From NCBI GenBank assembly GCA_965204375.1, contig OZ241986.1, positions 5,728,001 through 5,792,000 on the forward strand: 64,000 nucleotides of DNA. The letters are read 5' to 3'. Below, piece by piece: positions 9,638 through 18,222 of this stretch. The DNA is from Candidatus Latescibacterota bacterium (GTDB lineage Bacteria; Latescibacterota; UBA2968). Position numbers and translations under genes: made by a program. The notes under the pieces were generated by a model that saw only the letters and a program-made list of their open reading frames with translations, did not search any database and had not been told where the DNA came from. How positions within the stretch are numbered: position 1 is the stretch's first letter; each line of letters begins with the position of its first letter.

Positions 9638-11533
9638 TTATTTTATATGCCAATCGGGGTCTTCGAGGGCTTCATAAACCACGCCGCCTTCGACCTGCAT
9701 CGGCATGGGTACACCGGTGAGATAACAGATTGTGGGTGCGACATCGATTGAGCGCACTTGTTTTGTGAGCATGCCGGTCTGCTTAATCCCCGCGCCTGCA
9801 ATTACAAATGTCGAATGCTGCCCGGCCATGCCAAAGCTCACCGAGGGCAATTGCTTGCCGTGAGCACCGTCAAATTCGGGATGCAGTGCATAGACCACGT
9901 CGCCGACCAGATCGCTCCACAAGTTGACCATTTCGGCATTTTCGCGGCTCAGAGCCAGCGCGAAGGGGTGGCGCCCGGTGGCTTCGTCTTTGTATTCCAT
10001 CAGCGCGGCAATTAGTTCTCGACGCACGGTTTCGTAATCTTCTTGAGAAACGATTCCGTCGGGTTCGCGTCCTTCCAGATTGATGAAGATATGCACCAAT
10101 CCCACATCGCATGCGCGCGTTTTGCTCCAGTCGATTTGCCCATTTTCGTGATATTTTACAAATCCCGTTTCTGTGAGGACTTTGCGGATGTTGACCGCGG
10201 GGAATTGATTGGACGTGCCGCCGTGATCGGCCACGACTGCGACGACGGTATCGTCATCGGCAATATCGTCAACGATGCGCCCGATCATGCGATCAATTGA
10301 CTGATAGGTGCGGAAGACACCTTCGCGCGACCGTTCGAGGACCGATTGCTCGGCACCGCTTGTGGGATCGGCCTGTCCCAGGAAGAAGTGGCTCGTATAA
10401 TCCGAAGCGTGCGTTTCGATCATGAGCAGATCCCAGGTGCGAGATCCCGTCAGGTACTGCGCCACATCGGCCAGTCGCTGGTGGTGGAATTCCAGCACTT
10501 CGAAATACGTGTCGTCGTCGATTGTGCCCAGGGCATCGCGGCCGGGGTTTTGCAAGAAGTTACCGACGTTTTCGTCGATTTCTCGCGCGATTGACGCCGG
10601 TTTGGTATAGCCATCGGGAGGCCAGATTTGCGGTACGAATAGCTCGAACATATCGGCATTTTCGGTCAGGGAGATCAGCTTCATCTGTACGTAGCCGCTT
10701 ACCTGTTCGTCGTCAATTTCAAATGTGTCGAGCCACCAATCGCTCCATTCGCCCGCGCCGAGGTCACACACTTTTGTATCTCCGTCGCGCGTGCGACAGA
10801 CGGACACGCGGTCGTATCCCTTTGCGGTTGTCGCGTAGATCAAACCGTAGAACGGTTTGGGCGTGCCCTTTTTTCCCCGGTTCATGGGGGCGCGTCCGCG
10901 CGCCAGAGGCGTGATCACCATTTCGACTTCGAGCGGTGGTTTTTCGGAGTCGGGTAGCGCTGTCCACCCATCTGCCGCTTTGAGGGTGACGGGATCAAAT
11001 TCCGATACTGTTTGCAGGGCGCTCGGGTCCAGTGTTTCGGGATCGCGCTGTACGACCAGTCGCCGCGGTGCCCACTTGCCTCCTACAAATAAGTGATAGC
11101 CCGCGACCTGGTGGTGATTGGATACACCGGGTCCCGTGCCTTCTACCTGGATTCCGGTCGTTACGGTGGGCGGCCACGACATTTCCCATTTGACCAGAAT
11201 CGGCGTTTTACCCGCGCGCTCATAAGTGTTCCAGATGTATTCGGATTTGGACAGATCCGTATTGATGCCCCATACGGTCTGGTCCAGCCGTTTGCCCAGG
11301 GCGCGGATGTTAAAGTCCATGACCTCGTGATTGCCCGGCCATGATCCCGTGGCTATGGCCGTCCATCCCGGCGGCGTGAGAGTGGGAAACACGCCAATCA
11401 TGGGGCGCCATGCCCCGCGTTCCATAAGTTTTGCGATATTGGGCATGTGCCCCCAGTCGGCCAGGTTTTTCACAATTTCCATGCTCGCCCCATCCATCCC
11501 TATGACAATCGCCTTCTTTGCTGGACTTTCCAT
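9638..11533 (-). CDS. Alkaline phosphatase superfamily / type I phosphodiesterase-nucleotide pyrophosphatase
   Basis: IVIGMDGA, PTLTPPGWTAIATG, VADHG, IDVAPTI. Start trimmed to ATG 11533 (GAGGAGG RBS). Confidence 0.85.
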   Translation of the reverse strand: MESPAKKAIVIGMDGASMEIVKNLADWGHMPNIAKLMERGAWRPMIGVFPTLTPPGWTAIATGSWPGNHEVMDFNIRALGKRLDQTVWGINTDLSKSEYIWNTYERAGKTPILVKWEMSWPPTVTTGIQVEGTGPGVSNHHQVAGYHLFVGGKWAPRRLVVQRDPETLDPSALQTVSEFDPVTLKAADGWTALPDSEKPPLEVEMVITPLARGRAPMNRGKKGTPKPFYGLIYATTAKGYDRVSVCRTRDGDTKVCDLGAGEWSDWWLDTFEIDDEQVSGYVQMKLISLTENADMFELFVPQIWPPDGYTKPASIAREIDENVGNFLQNPGRDALGTIDDDTYFEVLEFHHQRLADVAQYLTGSRTWDLLMIETHASDYTSHFFLGQADPTSGAEQSVLERSREGVFRTYQSIDRMIGRIVDDIADDDTVVAVVADHGGTSNQFPAVNIRKVLTETGFVKYHENGQIDWSKTRACDVGLVHIFINLEGREPDGIVSQEDYETVRRELIAALMEYKDEATGRHPFALALSRENAEMVNLWSDLVGDVVYALHPEFDGAHGKQLPSVSFGMAGQHSTFVIAGAGIKQTGMLTKQVRSIDVAPTICYLTGVPMPMQVEGGVVYEALEDPDWHIK

Positions 11534-11543
11534 ATATTCCTCC

Positions 11544-12848
11544 TCAAAGTGATTGAAGAACGTCTCGCGTTTTTGAGAGCGTTTCATCTATATCTGTTTG
11601 TGAATGTGCAAACGATATACTGCCTTGCTTTGTTGCCAGTGGAAAGTGATAGATACCCTTTTCAATCAATGCGCGGCGATACCGCTCGTCAAGCGCGAAA
11701 TCGTGGTGTTCGGCAATATCGTGCCAATCAACGGGCGCGTGGTCCATAAAATAGACGCAAAAAGCCGATCCCTGTCGGGAAATTGTCACTTCTATTCCGG
11801 CTTCTTCGAATAATGCCGTCAATTCCGTTTCCAATTGCTCGCCCGCCGCGTAAAGGTGTTCAAAATCTGCCGATGCGAGTTTTTCCATTGTGGCAATGGC
11901 GCCCGCGCATGATATGGGATGGGCGTTGTACGTTCCCGCGATTAACACGCGCTTTGCTGGATTTTCGTGGACAAAATAATCCATGAGCGACGCCCGTCCG
12001 CCAATCGCGCCAATGGGATAGCCATTGGCTATTGCTTTGCCAAATACGGACAGGTCTGGCATGATGCCACATATGCTTTGATAGCCTCCCATTGCGTGGC
12101 GAAATCCCGTTTTTACTTCGTCGAATATTAGCACAATCCCTCGCGCATCGCACAAATCACGCAATCCCTGTAAATAGCCCGCTTGCGGATGTACGATGCC
12201 GATATTTTGCAATATTGGCTCGAGGATCAGCGCGGCAATATCGTACTTGTCCATTGCCCAGCGTACGGAGTTGAGGTCGTTAAAATTTACTACATGTACA
12301 TCGTCCAATGCGCTATTGGGCACGCCGGCTGAGAGCGGTTTTTTTTTGTATTCACCCGGAGAGACACGCGGTCCGATTGCATCTATCGGCGTCATGACAT
12401 TCAAAGCCACGTCATTGTGCCAGCCGTTATATCCTCCCTGCATTACGATGACGCCATTGCGCCCCGTGTGCGCCCGCGCGATTCGAATGGCGTGATAGGT
12501 GGCTTCCGATCCGGTATTGGTGAGCATGACTTTTTCGACGGACGGTACGTGTTTTACAATTAATGCGGCGCAATGCCCTTCCCAGGGATTGGTGCCCGAT
12601 CCCATCAGTGTTGTGCCATCGGCGAGTACTTTTGCGACTGCCGCGTTTACATCCGGATCATTGTGTCCGAGAATAAATGGCGCGAATGCCGCGTGATAGT
12701 CGATGTATTCATTGCCGTCTGCATCCCACACATGGCTGCCTTGTCCGCGCACAAAGGCAATTTCCGGCGCGACGGCGCGGTTGACTGATACCACGCCTCC
12801 GGGGATGACTTTGCGGTTTTTTTGGAAGATTGTTTTGGAAGACGGCAT
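11544..12848 (-). CDS. Class III PLP aminotransferase, glutamate-1-semialdehyde 2,1-aminomutase-like
   Basis: IPGGV, WDADGNEYIDY, NTGSEA, LIFDEVKTGFR, FGKAIANGYPIGA. Substrate uncertain; YNGW replaces the HemL YHGH. Confidence 0.85.
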   Translation of the reverse strand: MPSSKTIFQKNRKVIPGGVVSVNRAVAPEIAFVRGQGSHVWDADGNEYIDYHAAFAPFILGHNDPDVNAAVAKVLADGTTLMGSGTNPWEGHCAALIVKHVPSVEKVMLTNTGSEATYHAIRIARAHTGRNGVIVMQGGYNGWHNDVALNVMTPIDAIGPRVSPGEYKKKPLSAGVPNSALDDVHVVNFNDLNSVRWAMDKYDIAALILEPILQNIGIVHPQAGYLQGLRDLCDARGIVLIFDEVKTGFRHAMGGYQSICGIMPDLSVFGKAIANGYPIGAIGGRASLMDYFVHENPAKRVLIAGTYNAHPISCAGAIATMEKLASADFEHLYAAGEQLETELTALFEEAGIEVTISRQGSAFCVYFMDHAPVDWHDIAEHHDFALDERYRRALIEKGIYHFPLATKQGSISFAHSQTDIDETLSKTRDVLQSL

Positions 12849-12864
12849 AGCATACGCCCTTAAA

Positions 12865-13578
12865 TCACACGTCGCGTTTGTAGTAATTTTCCCAGCGTTC
12901 AGCCGGTTCGTAACCCAAAATGCGTTTTGCTTTTTCCATGGTGTATTTCTGGTGCGCTGTCATACTCACCATGTTGAATTCCTGATAATTATCCGGCACG
13001 GATTCGATATCCAGCGCGAGACAACACGCATGCGATAGGTCTTTCCAGAATATGCGAAATGGGGGGAAGTCTTCGCCTTTGATCGGCTCACTCGGCTCCA
13101 GACCCAGGCTGTTGAATACAAAACAAATTGTCTGTATATTGTAAATCCGCGCATATGTGCGACAAATCTCGTAGCTGAGCATTTTGGTTATGCCGTAATA
13201 CCCGGTGCCGGGGGCGCGAGGGACATCGGTGATTTCAAAATCCTGATCGTAATAACTCCGCACCAGTTGTGGTCCCGTATGTACCACTTTTTTGATGCCC
13301 AATTCGGCGGCGGCTTTCATGACATGCAATGCGCCCAGTGTACTGACGTGAAAGCTCAGTATGGGGTCGGGACGGTTCACTGTAAAATTCATCACCGCGT
13401 CCATGCCGTGCATGGCGTCGCGCACCTGGTCGTAATGGCGCATATCTACATGTTCGATGGGTCTGCCGTCGGGATAGGGCTTTATGTCGGCCAGTATGAG
13501 ATCGCAATGCGATTCCATATCCGGTATGATATTGGGTGCGATTTGCCCGGAAGCACCCAGCAAAAGTACTTTTTTCAC
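12865..13578 (-). CDS. NAD-dependent epimerase/dehydratase (extended SDR, uronate dehydrogenase-like)
   Basis: LLGASGQIA, YGITK (YxxxK), AKRILGYEP. Confidence 0.8.
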   Translation of the reverse strand: MKKVLLLGASGQIAPNIIPDMESHCDLILADIKPYPDGRPIEHVDMRHYDQVRDAMHGMDAVMNFTVNRPDPILSFHVSTLGALHVMKAAAELGIKKVVHTGPQLVRSYYDQDFEITDVPRAPGTGYYGITKMLSYEICRTYARIYNIQTICFVFNSLGLEPSEPIKGEDFPPFRIFWKDLSHACCLALDIESVPDNYQEFNMVSMTAHQKYTMEKAKRILGYEPAERWENYYKRDV

Positions 13579-14342
13579 GCGTCACCTCCACGCCAGATGG
13601 CTTCAAAATTGTGCTGTGGTTGAAATCCTCGCAACTGAGATCCACTAATTTTGCCGACCAGATATTTTGGATTTGGAATGTCTGCACAAATGTGGTGGAG
13701 GGCAAATCGCCTGTTCCATTTCAATTCGGACTGTGCATCTCGATTGAGAGATAGTCGAAATGCCTGCGCGGCATCGCGATAATCGACCCACATGAGGTCT
13801 GATTCTTCTGCGGAAGCGTCTTTTTCTGCTATTAGCTTGCCCAATCGCAACACGGTGACGGCTACGGGAAAATCGCGCGCAAATTCGCGCGCTGTCATTT
13901 CGCCGAGGTAGCGCGTGAGCTGAAATTTGTCCGTTGATGGCATGGGTCGCCACATTTCGCTGATATATACATCATCGGGATAGGCTTCGAATATTTGGAG
14001 CGTGCTTCCATATACGAATCGCTTTATACCGGCTTCTATTCCGGCTTTGAATAAGACATGGGTGCCCCGCGTTGCCAGATCCAGCAGTTCTTGTTCGCTG
14101 GCGAGGTCGTCCTCGGGCAGATTGGGTGGTGGCTCACCTGTGTGGATAATAGCCTGCATGTTTCGCACGGCACGCCACGCTACGTCCGGGTCGCGCATGT
14201 CGCCTTCAAAATAGGTGATGTTTTCATCCTGTTCAGAAGGCGGGTCGCCCGTTCCCCAGAGTCGCAACTGGTTACTCGGTGCCAATTCTCTGGCGATGGC
14301 CTGTCCCAAACGGCTCTCGGCTCCTGTTATCAGTACATTCAT
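13575..14342 (-). CDS. NAD-dependent epimerase/dehydratase-like SDR, YxxxK apparently degenerate
   Basis: LITGAESRLG, GDMRD, RFVYGST; FQLTR occupies the position of YxxxK. Confidence 0.75.
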   Translation of the reverse strand: MNVLITGAESRLGQAIARELAPSNQLRLWGTGDPPSEQDENITYFEGDMRDPDVAWRAVRNMQAIIHTGEPPPNLPEDDLASEQELLDLATRGTHVLFKAGIEAGIKRFVYGSTLQIFEAYPDDVYISEMWRPMPSTDKFQLTRYLGEMTAREFARDFPVAVTVLRLGKLIAEKDASAEESDLMWVDYRDAAQAFRLSLNRDAQSELKWNRRFALHHICADIPNPKYLVGKISGSQLRGFQPQHNFEAIWRGGDA

Positions 14343-15049
14343 AATTTGTCCTCCAGATCAGATTCCCATCCAAATTGCTGGCATAAGCGCTGAATTGGTC
14401 CGGGGATTGGCGCGGAGATTTCGGTCCATGTTCCCGATGTGGGATGTGCAAAACCGATGCGGGTAGCCATCAGCAATAATCGGTCAATTTCAAAATGGGA
14501 TTGAAAAAAGCGATTGTGATGGCGGTCGCCATAGCGCACATCGCCGATGATTGGGTGGCGCAGATGCGCACAGTGGCGGCGGATCTGATGTTGCCGACCT
14601 GTTACTGGCATTGCGCGCATGAGCGAATACCGCGCGGTTTCATATCGCCCTACGGGGTATGGTAGTTCAACAGTGCCCTTGCAGTGGAAATCGGTGATGG
14701 CTTCGACGGGTGACGATGTGTTGGGCGGGCAATAAGCGTGGTTTATCCGCCCTTTGTCTGGCAAGTATCCGCGCACTACGGATAGGTATTCTTTTTTTAT
14801 ATGTCGCGCTGAAAATGCTGCACCCAATATGCGTGCGATTTCAGGGCGAAGTGCGAATAGCACAACGCCCGATGTCCCGCGGTCCAGGCGGTGAACCGGA
14901 TAAACCCATTGTCCGAGTTGATTTCGCAATACGGGCATGCAACACATGGCTGACCGGTCCAGGTGGGTCTGGTGTACAAACCAGCCACAGGGTTTTTGAA
15001 TGGCGACCAGATCGTCGTCGCGATACAGGATGTCCAGCTTCAAAACCAA
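14339..15049 (-). CDS. truC: RluA-family pseudouridine synthase, TruC-like
   Basis: KPCGWFVH, VHRLDRGTSGV, ARYSL...PVTGRQHQIRRH...HPIIGD...HHNRFF. Confidence 0.8.
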   Translation of the reverse strand: MVLKLDILYRDDDLVAIQKPCGWFVHQTHLDRSAMCCMPVLRNQLGQWVYPVHRLDRGTSGVVLFALRPEIARILGAAFSARHIKKEYLSVVRGYLPDKGRINHAYCPPNTSSPVEAITDFHCKGTVELPYPVGRYETARYSLMRAMPVTGRQHQIRRHCAHLRHPIIGDVRYGDRHHNRFFQSHFEIDRLLLMATRIGFAHPTSGTWTEISAPIPGPIQRLCQQFGWESDLEDKL

Positions 15050-15055
15050 TTCTCG

Positions 15056-15754
15056 CTACTTGATCTCGAGCAATTCCAATTCGAATATAAGCGTTGAATT
15101 GGGACTAATTTGTCCTGCTTGCCGCGCGCCGTAGGCCAGATAGGATGGGATATAGAGTTCCCATTTCGATCCCGCGGGCATGAGTTGCAGGGCTTCTGTC
15201 CAGCCGGGAATGAGTTGATTGACGCGAAATTGCGCTGGTTCTCCGCGGCTGTAAGAACTGTCAAATTCCGTGCCGTCGAGCAATGTTCCGCGATAATGGC
15301 ATACTACTGAGTCGGTTTTTTTGGGTTTCGCTCCGTCGCTGGCTTTGATCACTTTGTATTGCAAGCCGCTGTCCAATGTCACCACGCCTTCTTTTTTCAT
15401 GTTTTCCGCGAGGAAAGCCTCGCCAGCTTTTTTGTTTTCTGCTGCCATTTTGTTTTTCTCCGCAAGTTGTTGTGCCCTTTGTTCTTCCTGTATCTCGATT
15501 AGAGTTTTTAGTGCTTCGTCTGAGGAAAGCAGGGGGGATTCTCCGCTATAACCATCTTTGAATCCCTGTACAAATACATCCAGATCAATTGCCATGCCCT
15601 GCTGCTTTTTTAGTTGATCGGACAGATTTAAGCCGAGTGCATAACTCAGCTTGTGTTGCTTGTCCTCGAGGTTGACTTCTACAAATTCGGGTTTTTCCTG
15701 AGTCTGGCAACCCAATAAGCCAGCGGCAATGCATACGGCAAAAAGACGCTTCAT
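15056..15754 (-). CDS. FKBP-type peptidyl-prolyl isomerase (FkpA/FklB type), lipoprotein
   Basis: Lipobox LLGC; SYALG, SGLQYKV, HYRGTLLDGTEFDSS, IPGWTEAL, LAYG. Confidence 0.93.
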   Translation of the reverse strand: MKRLFAVCIAAGLLGCQTQEKPEFVEVNLEDKQHKLSYALGLNLSDQLKKQQGMAIDLDVFVQGFKDGYSGESPLLSSDEALKTLIEIQEEQRAQQLAEKNKMAAENKKAGEAFLAENMKKEGVVTLDSGLQYKVIKASDGAKPKKTDSVVCHYRGTLLDGTEFDSSYSRGEPAQFRVNQLIPGWTEALQLMPAGSKWELYIPSYLAYGARQAGQISPNSTLIFELELLEIK

Positions 15755-15828
15755 AGTGTCTCCTGAATAATAGGTAAACGTCCACCTGCGAGGTCTGTCC
15801 CGGCAGGTCTGTGCGGGACGTGTACAGA

Positions 15829-17352
15829 CTAAGTAGCCTGAAATCGCGTTTTTACTTCTGATAGCACAATATCTGGAATATCCTCTGTGCGTTCAACTGC
15901 ATAAACGCAGATGTGATCCGCATCAGCAGCCCGCTGGCGAAATCGTTGGGCATCCCGGTTTTGCGCTACATGAACAGCGGTTACCCGGTTTTCTTTTTGG
16001 ATCAGGAATTGCATCAGCGCATCGAGGTTGGTGATCTGCATGTCTGTTATGAGAAAAATATCCACATGATTTTTGAGGAGAGGTTCCAAATCGGGCAGAT
16101 GCAATGCTGTTCCACCACCGAAGTAGCGACACAGTGCGAAAAATACGCGTTTGCGATCTCTTGAGAAATCCAGCACTTCTTTCCCGCTGGCCTGTGCATC
16201 GCTAAAATTGTAAACGGCCACGCGCTTGCCCCGTCGCAAATACGCATCGGCCGCGCATCCGGCACCTAAGACGGCGTGGGATATTTCTCGACACGGATCG
16301 ACCATACTGCCGGAGGAATCGACAATGACCACACAATCGGGTATGCCATCGCCATCGCCGTGGGTTTCGCCATCTCGCCAGTTCCACATCTGGGAAATGC
16401 CCGGCATGACGCGCCCAAAACTCGTCCACACGTCGATGTGCTGAACGGGTTTGCCAATTTCCCAGGGCGAATGAGAATGCGGATGTAATCCGCCCACTTT
16501 TTCCAGGGGCATGGTTTGTACGGGCAGGCGAAATGCGGATGCGCGCGCCATGTAAAACAAGAGGTCGGCATCCGAGGGCGTGCCTTTGCCCCGGCCCATA
16601 TCGGGCATCATATTGGCGTCTTGTAGCTCGTCGGCAAAATCGCGCACCATTTCTCGAAAGGCGTAAAATCCCTGCTCGGCAAATTGCGCCATTCCCTCCG
16701 CGAGTTCGCCTGCGGAATACTGCTGGGTATCGCCCATCATGCCACCCTGTCCATTCCCATCGTCCATTTCTTTTTGGATCAATGGGGCAATCACCTGTGC
16801 AAATGATCGAAGGGTATCGCCCCACTGCGAGGCGTCCAGATAGGGTATGCGGGCGAGCCGATCTACTTCCCCGCGATCTTCTACGCCCAAGTTTTCTCCC
16901 CAGAGGCGCTGGTACAATGCCCGAATTACGTCTGTCACTTCACTCGATTCGGCGTGGCGATATACTTCGGGCAATTTCGATTCGCGCTCGCGCACGGCAT
17001 GGGTATCGACCACTACGTCCGAGAAATATTCGACTACTTGTTTGACCAATGTCCCATCTAATAACACGGGTTTGAGCGCGGCATACAGCTTTAAGTGCGT
17101 CTCAAAATCCCAGGGACAAACGGTGTGATGCCCCACGCCGTGATCCAGTAGTGCCGAGGTGGCGTCTTCTATGTCCATTACTTGCGCGAGGGCGGTTAGT
17201 CGATTGGCATTCAATTGGATTACTTTATCTGTCATTTGAATGCTCGCGGCTTCGTCGCCTGTTTCGATTACTTCTGGCGTCGGCAATTCGGGAAATAGAT
17301 GGCGCTTGCGAACAGCGGGCCAGACGCGCTGGATGATGTCGTTGAAGTTCAT
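15829..17352 (-). CDS. vWA (MIDAS) domain protein with N-terminal zincin-like region
   Basis: VDSSGSM (DxSxS), GGGT, ITD; N-terminal DHGVGHH resembles HExxH. Confidence 0.8.
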   Translation of the reverse strand: MNFNDIIQRVWPAVRKRHLFPELPTPEVIETGDEAASIQMTDKVIQLNANRLTALAQVMDIEDATSALLDHGVGHHTVCPWDFETHLKLYAALKPVLLDGTLVKQVVEYFSDVVVDTHAVRERESKLPEVYRHAESSEVTDVIRALYQRLWGENLGVEDRGEVDRLARIPYLDASQWGDTLRSFAQVIAPLIQKEMDDGNGQGGMMGDTQQYSAGELAEGMAQFAEQGFYAFREMVRDFADELQDANMMPDMGRGKGTPSDADLLFYMARASAFRLPVQTMPLEKVGGLHPHSHSPWEIGKPVQHIDVWTSFGRVMPGISQMWNWRDGETHGDGDGIPDCVVIVDSSGSMVDPCREISHAVLGAGCAADAYLRRGKRVAVYNFSDAQASGKEVLDFSRDRKRVFFALCRYFGGGTALHLPDLEPLLKNHVDIFLITDMQITNLDALMQFLIQKENRVTAVHVAQNRDAQRFRQRAADADHICVYAVERTEDIPDIVLSEVKTRFQAT

Positions 17353-17354
17353 GG

Positions 17355-17381
17355 TCAGTTGCCAGTTGTCAGTTGTCAGTT
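17355..17381 (-). repeat. Heptamer tandem repeat (CAACTGA)x4 just upstream of the vWA start
   Basis: + strand tcagttg-ccagttg-tcagttg-tcagtt; the same unit lies before coaX at 42858-42885. Confidence 0.8.
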
Positions 17382-17406
17382 CCCTGCTCCCGGTCCCTCT
17401 ATTATT

Positions 17407-18207
17407 TTATCTGCGTACATCTGCGTCATCTGCGGATGTTTTTGTCCCTCTGAGCATTTGGTCGCGGTGATAAATCGCGCCGCCCTCGGCATTGCCCACA
17501 CCTCCCAGGCGTCCATTGATGTGGATTTCACCAGCTTGCATTTGTTCGCCGATGTATTTGCCGGCGTCTCCCGAGACTTCAATCCGTCCACCAACCATAC
17601 CTGCGCCCAGATAGTGGCGGACATTTCCCTCGACCTTCAGGCAGCCTCCCATGAGCGAAATGCCCGTGAGGTCGCCCAGGTCGCCCACAATGGTGAGTGT
17701 GATGTCTTTGCGAAGGCGGTATCCCATGAGAGATAGGCGCAAGTCGTGACCTGTGAGATCGAGATGGATTTCCTCTTGGGACGATGCGTTGCAAAAGGCC
17801 GATAAGAACAAGCCCAGGGGTTCCATAACAAAAAAAGCCGCGTCATTACTTTGCAGGGCGTGCGCGCAAAACGCTTCGATATCGGTCATTTCCCAATCGA
17901 TTTGTCCCACGATCTGCGATGCCGCAGCATAGGTCGATTCAATGGTTTTGCGATCGGCTTGCCAGAGTCCCTCGCCGACGCATTCGTCGATCAGTGAGCG
18001 ATAAGCTGCTGTTAACCGATCCATTGTCTCGGTGTGAGATGCGAGAATTTCATCCATGGGCAGGGCGCGCTTTTTGCGCGTATCTTCGACGAATTCGGCG
18101 AAGGGATTGCGCTTTGCGGATAGTAAGCCGTTGACGCGCTCTGCGCTTTCAGGGTTCAAATCGGATGGTGCAATTCGGTCAAATTCTCGAAATGGATTTT
18201 GTCGCAT
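17407..18207 (-). CDS. Hypothetical protein with C-terminal GXGXG beta-helix (FwdC / GltB C-terminal-like)
   Basis: Periodic GDLGDLTG.SLMGG, GNVRHYLGAGMVGG, GDAGKYIGEQMQAG repeats. Confidence 0.75.
   Translation of the reverse strand: MRQNPFREFDRIAPSDLNPESAERVNGLLSAKRNPFAEFVEDTRKKRALPMDEILASHTETMDRLTAAYRSLIDECVGEGLWQADRKTIESTYAAASQIVGQIDWEMTDIEAFCAHALQSNDAAFFVMEPLGLFLSAFCNASSQEEIHLDLTGHDLRLSLMGYRLRKDITLTIVGDLGDLTGISLMGGCLKVEGNVRHYLGAGMVGGRIEVSGDAGKYIGEQMQAGEIHINGRLGGVGNAEGGAIYHRDQMLRGTKTSADDADVRR
17409..17438 (-). repeat. CGCAGAT-core tandem repeat x3 forming the C-terminus of the upstream CDS
   Basis: - strand atccgcagatgacgcagatgtacgcagat(aa); same family at 37908 and 47690. Confidence 0.8.
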
Positions 18208-18222
18208 GTCTGGCTCCTGGAA

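Noticed and set aside
11544-12848. Calling this gene hemL
   Set aside because: No tetrapyrrole genes nearby and the YHGH motif differs; left as GSA-like aminotransferase.
15780-15829. GC-rich hairpin upstream of the FKBP gene as a riboswitch or ncRNA
   Set aside because: Short, single copy, no recognisable aptamer motifs.
17407-18207. Formylmethanofuran dehydrogenase subunit C (C1 metabolism)
   Set aside because: Only a short beta-helix is shared and no other fwd/fhc genes are present.
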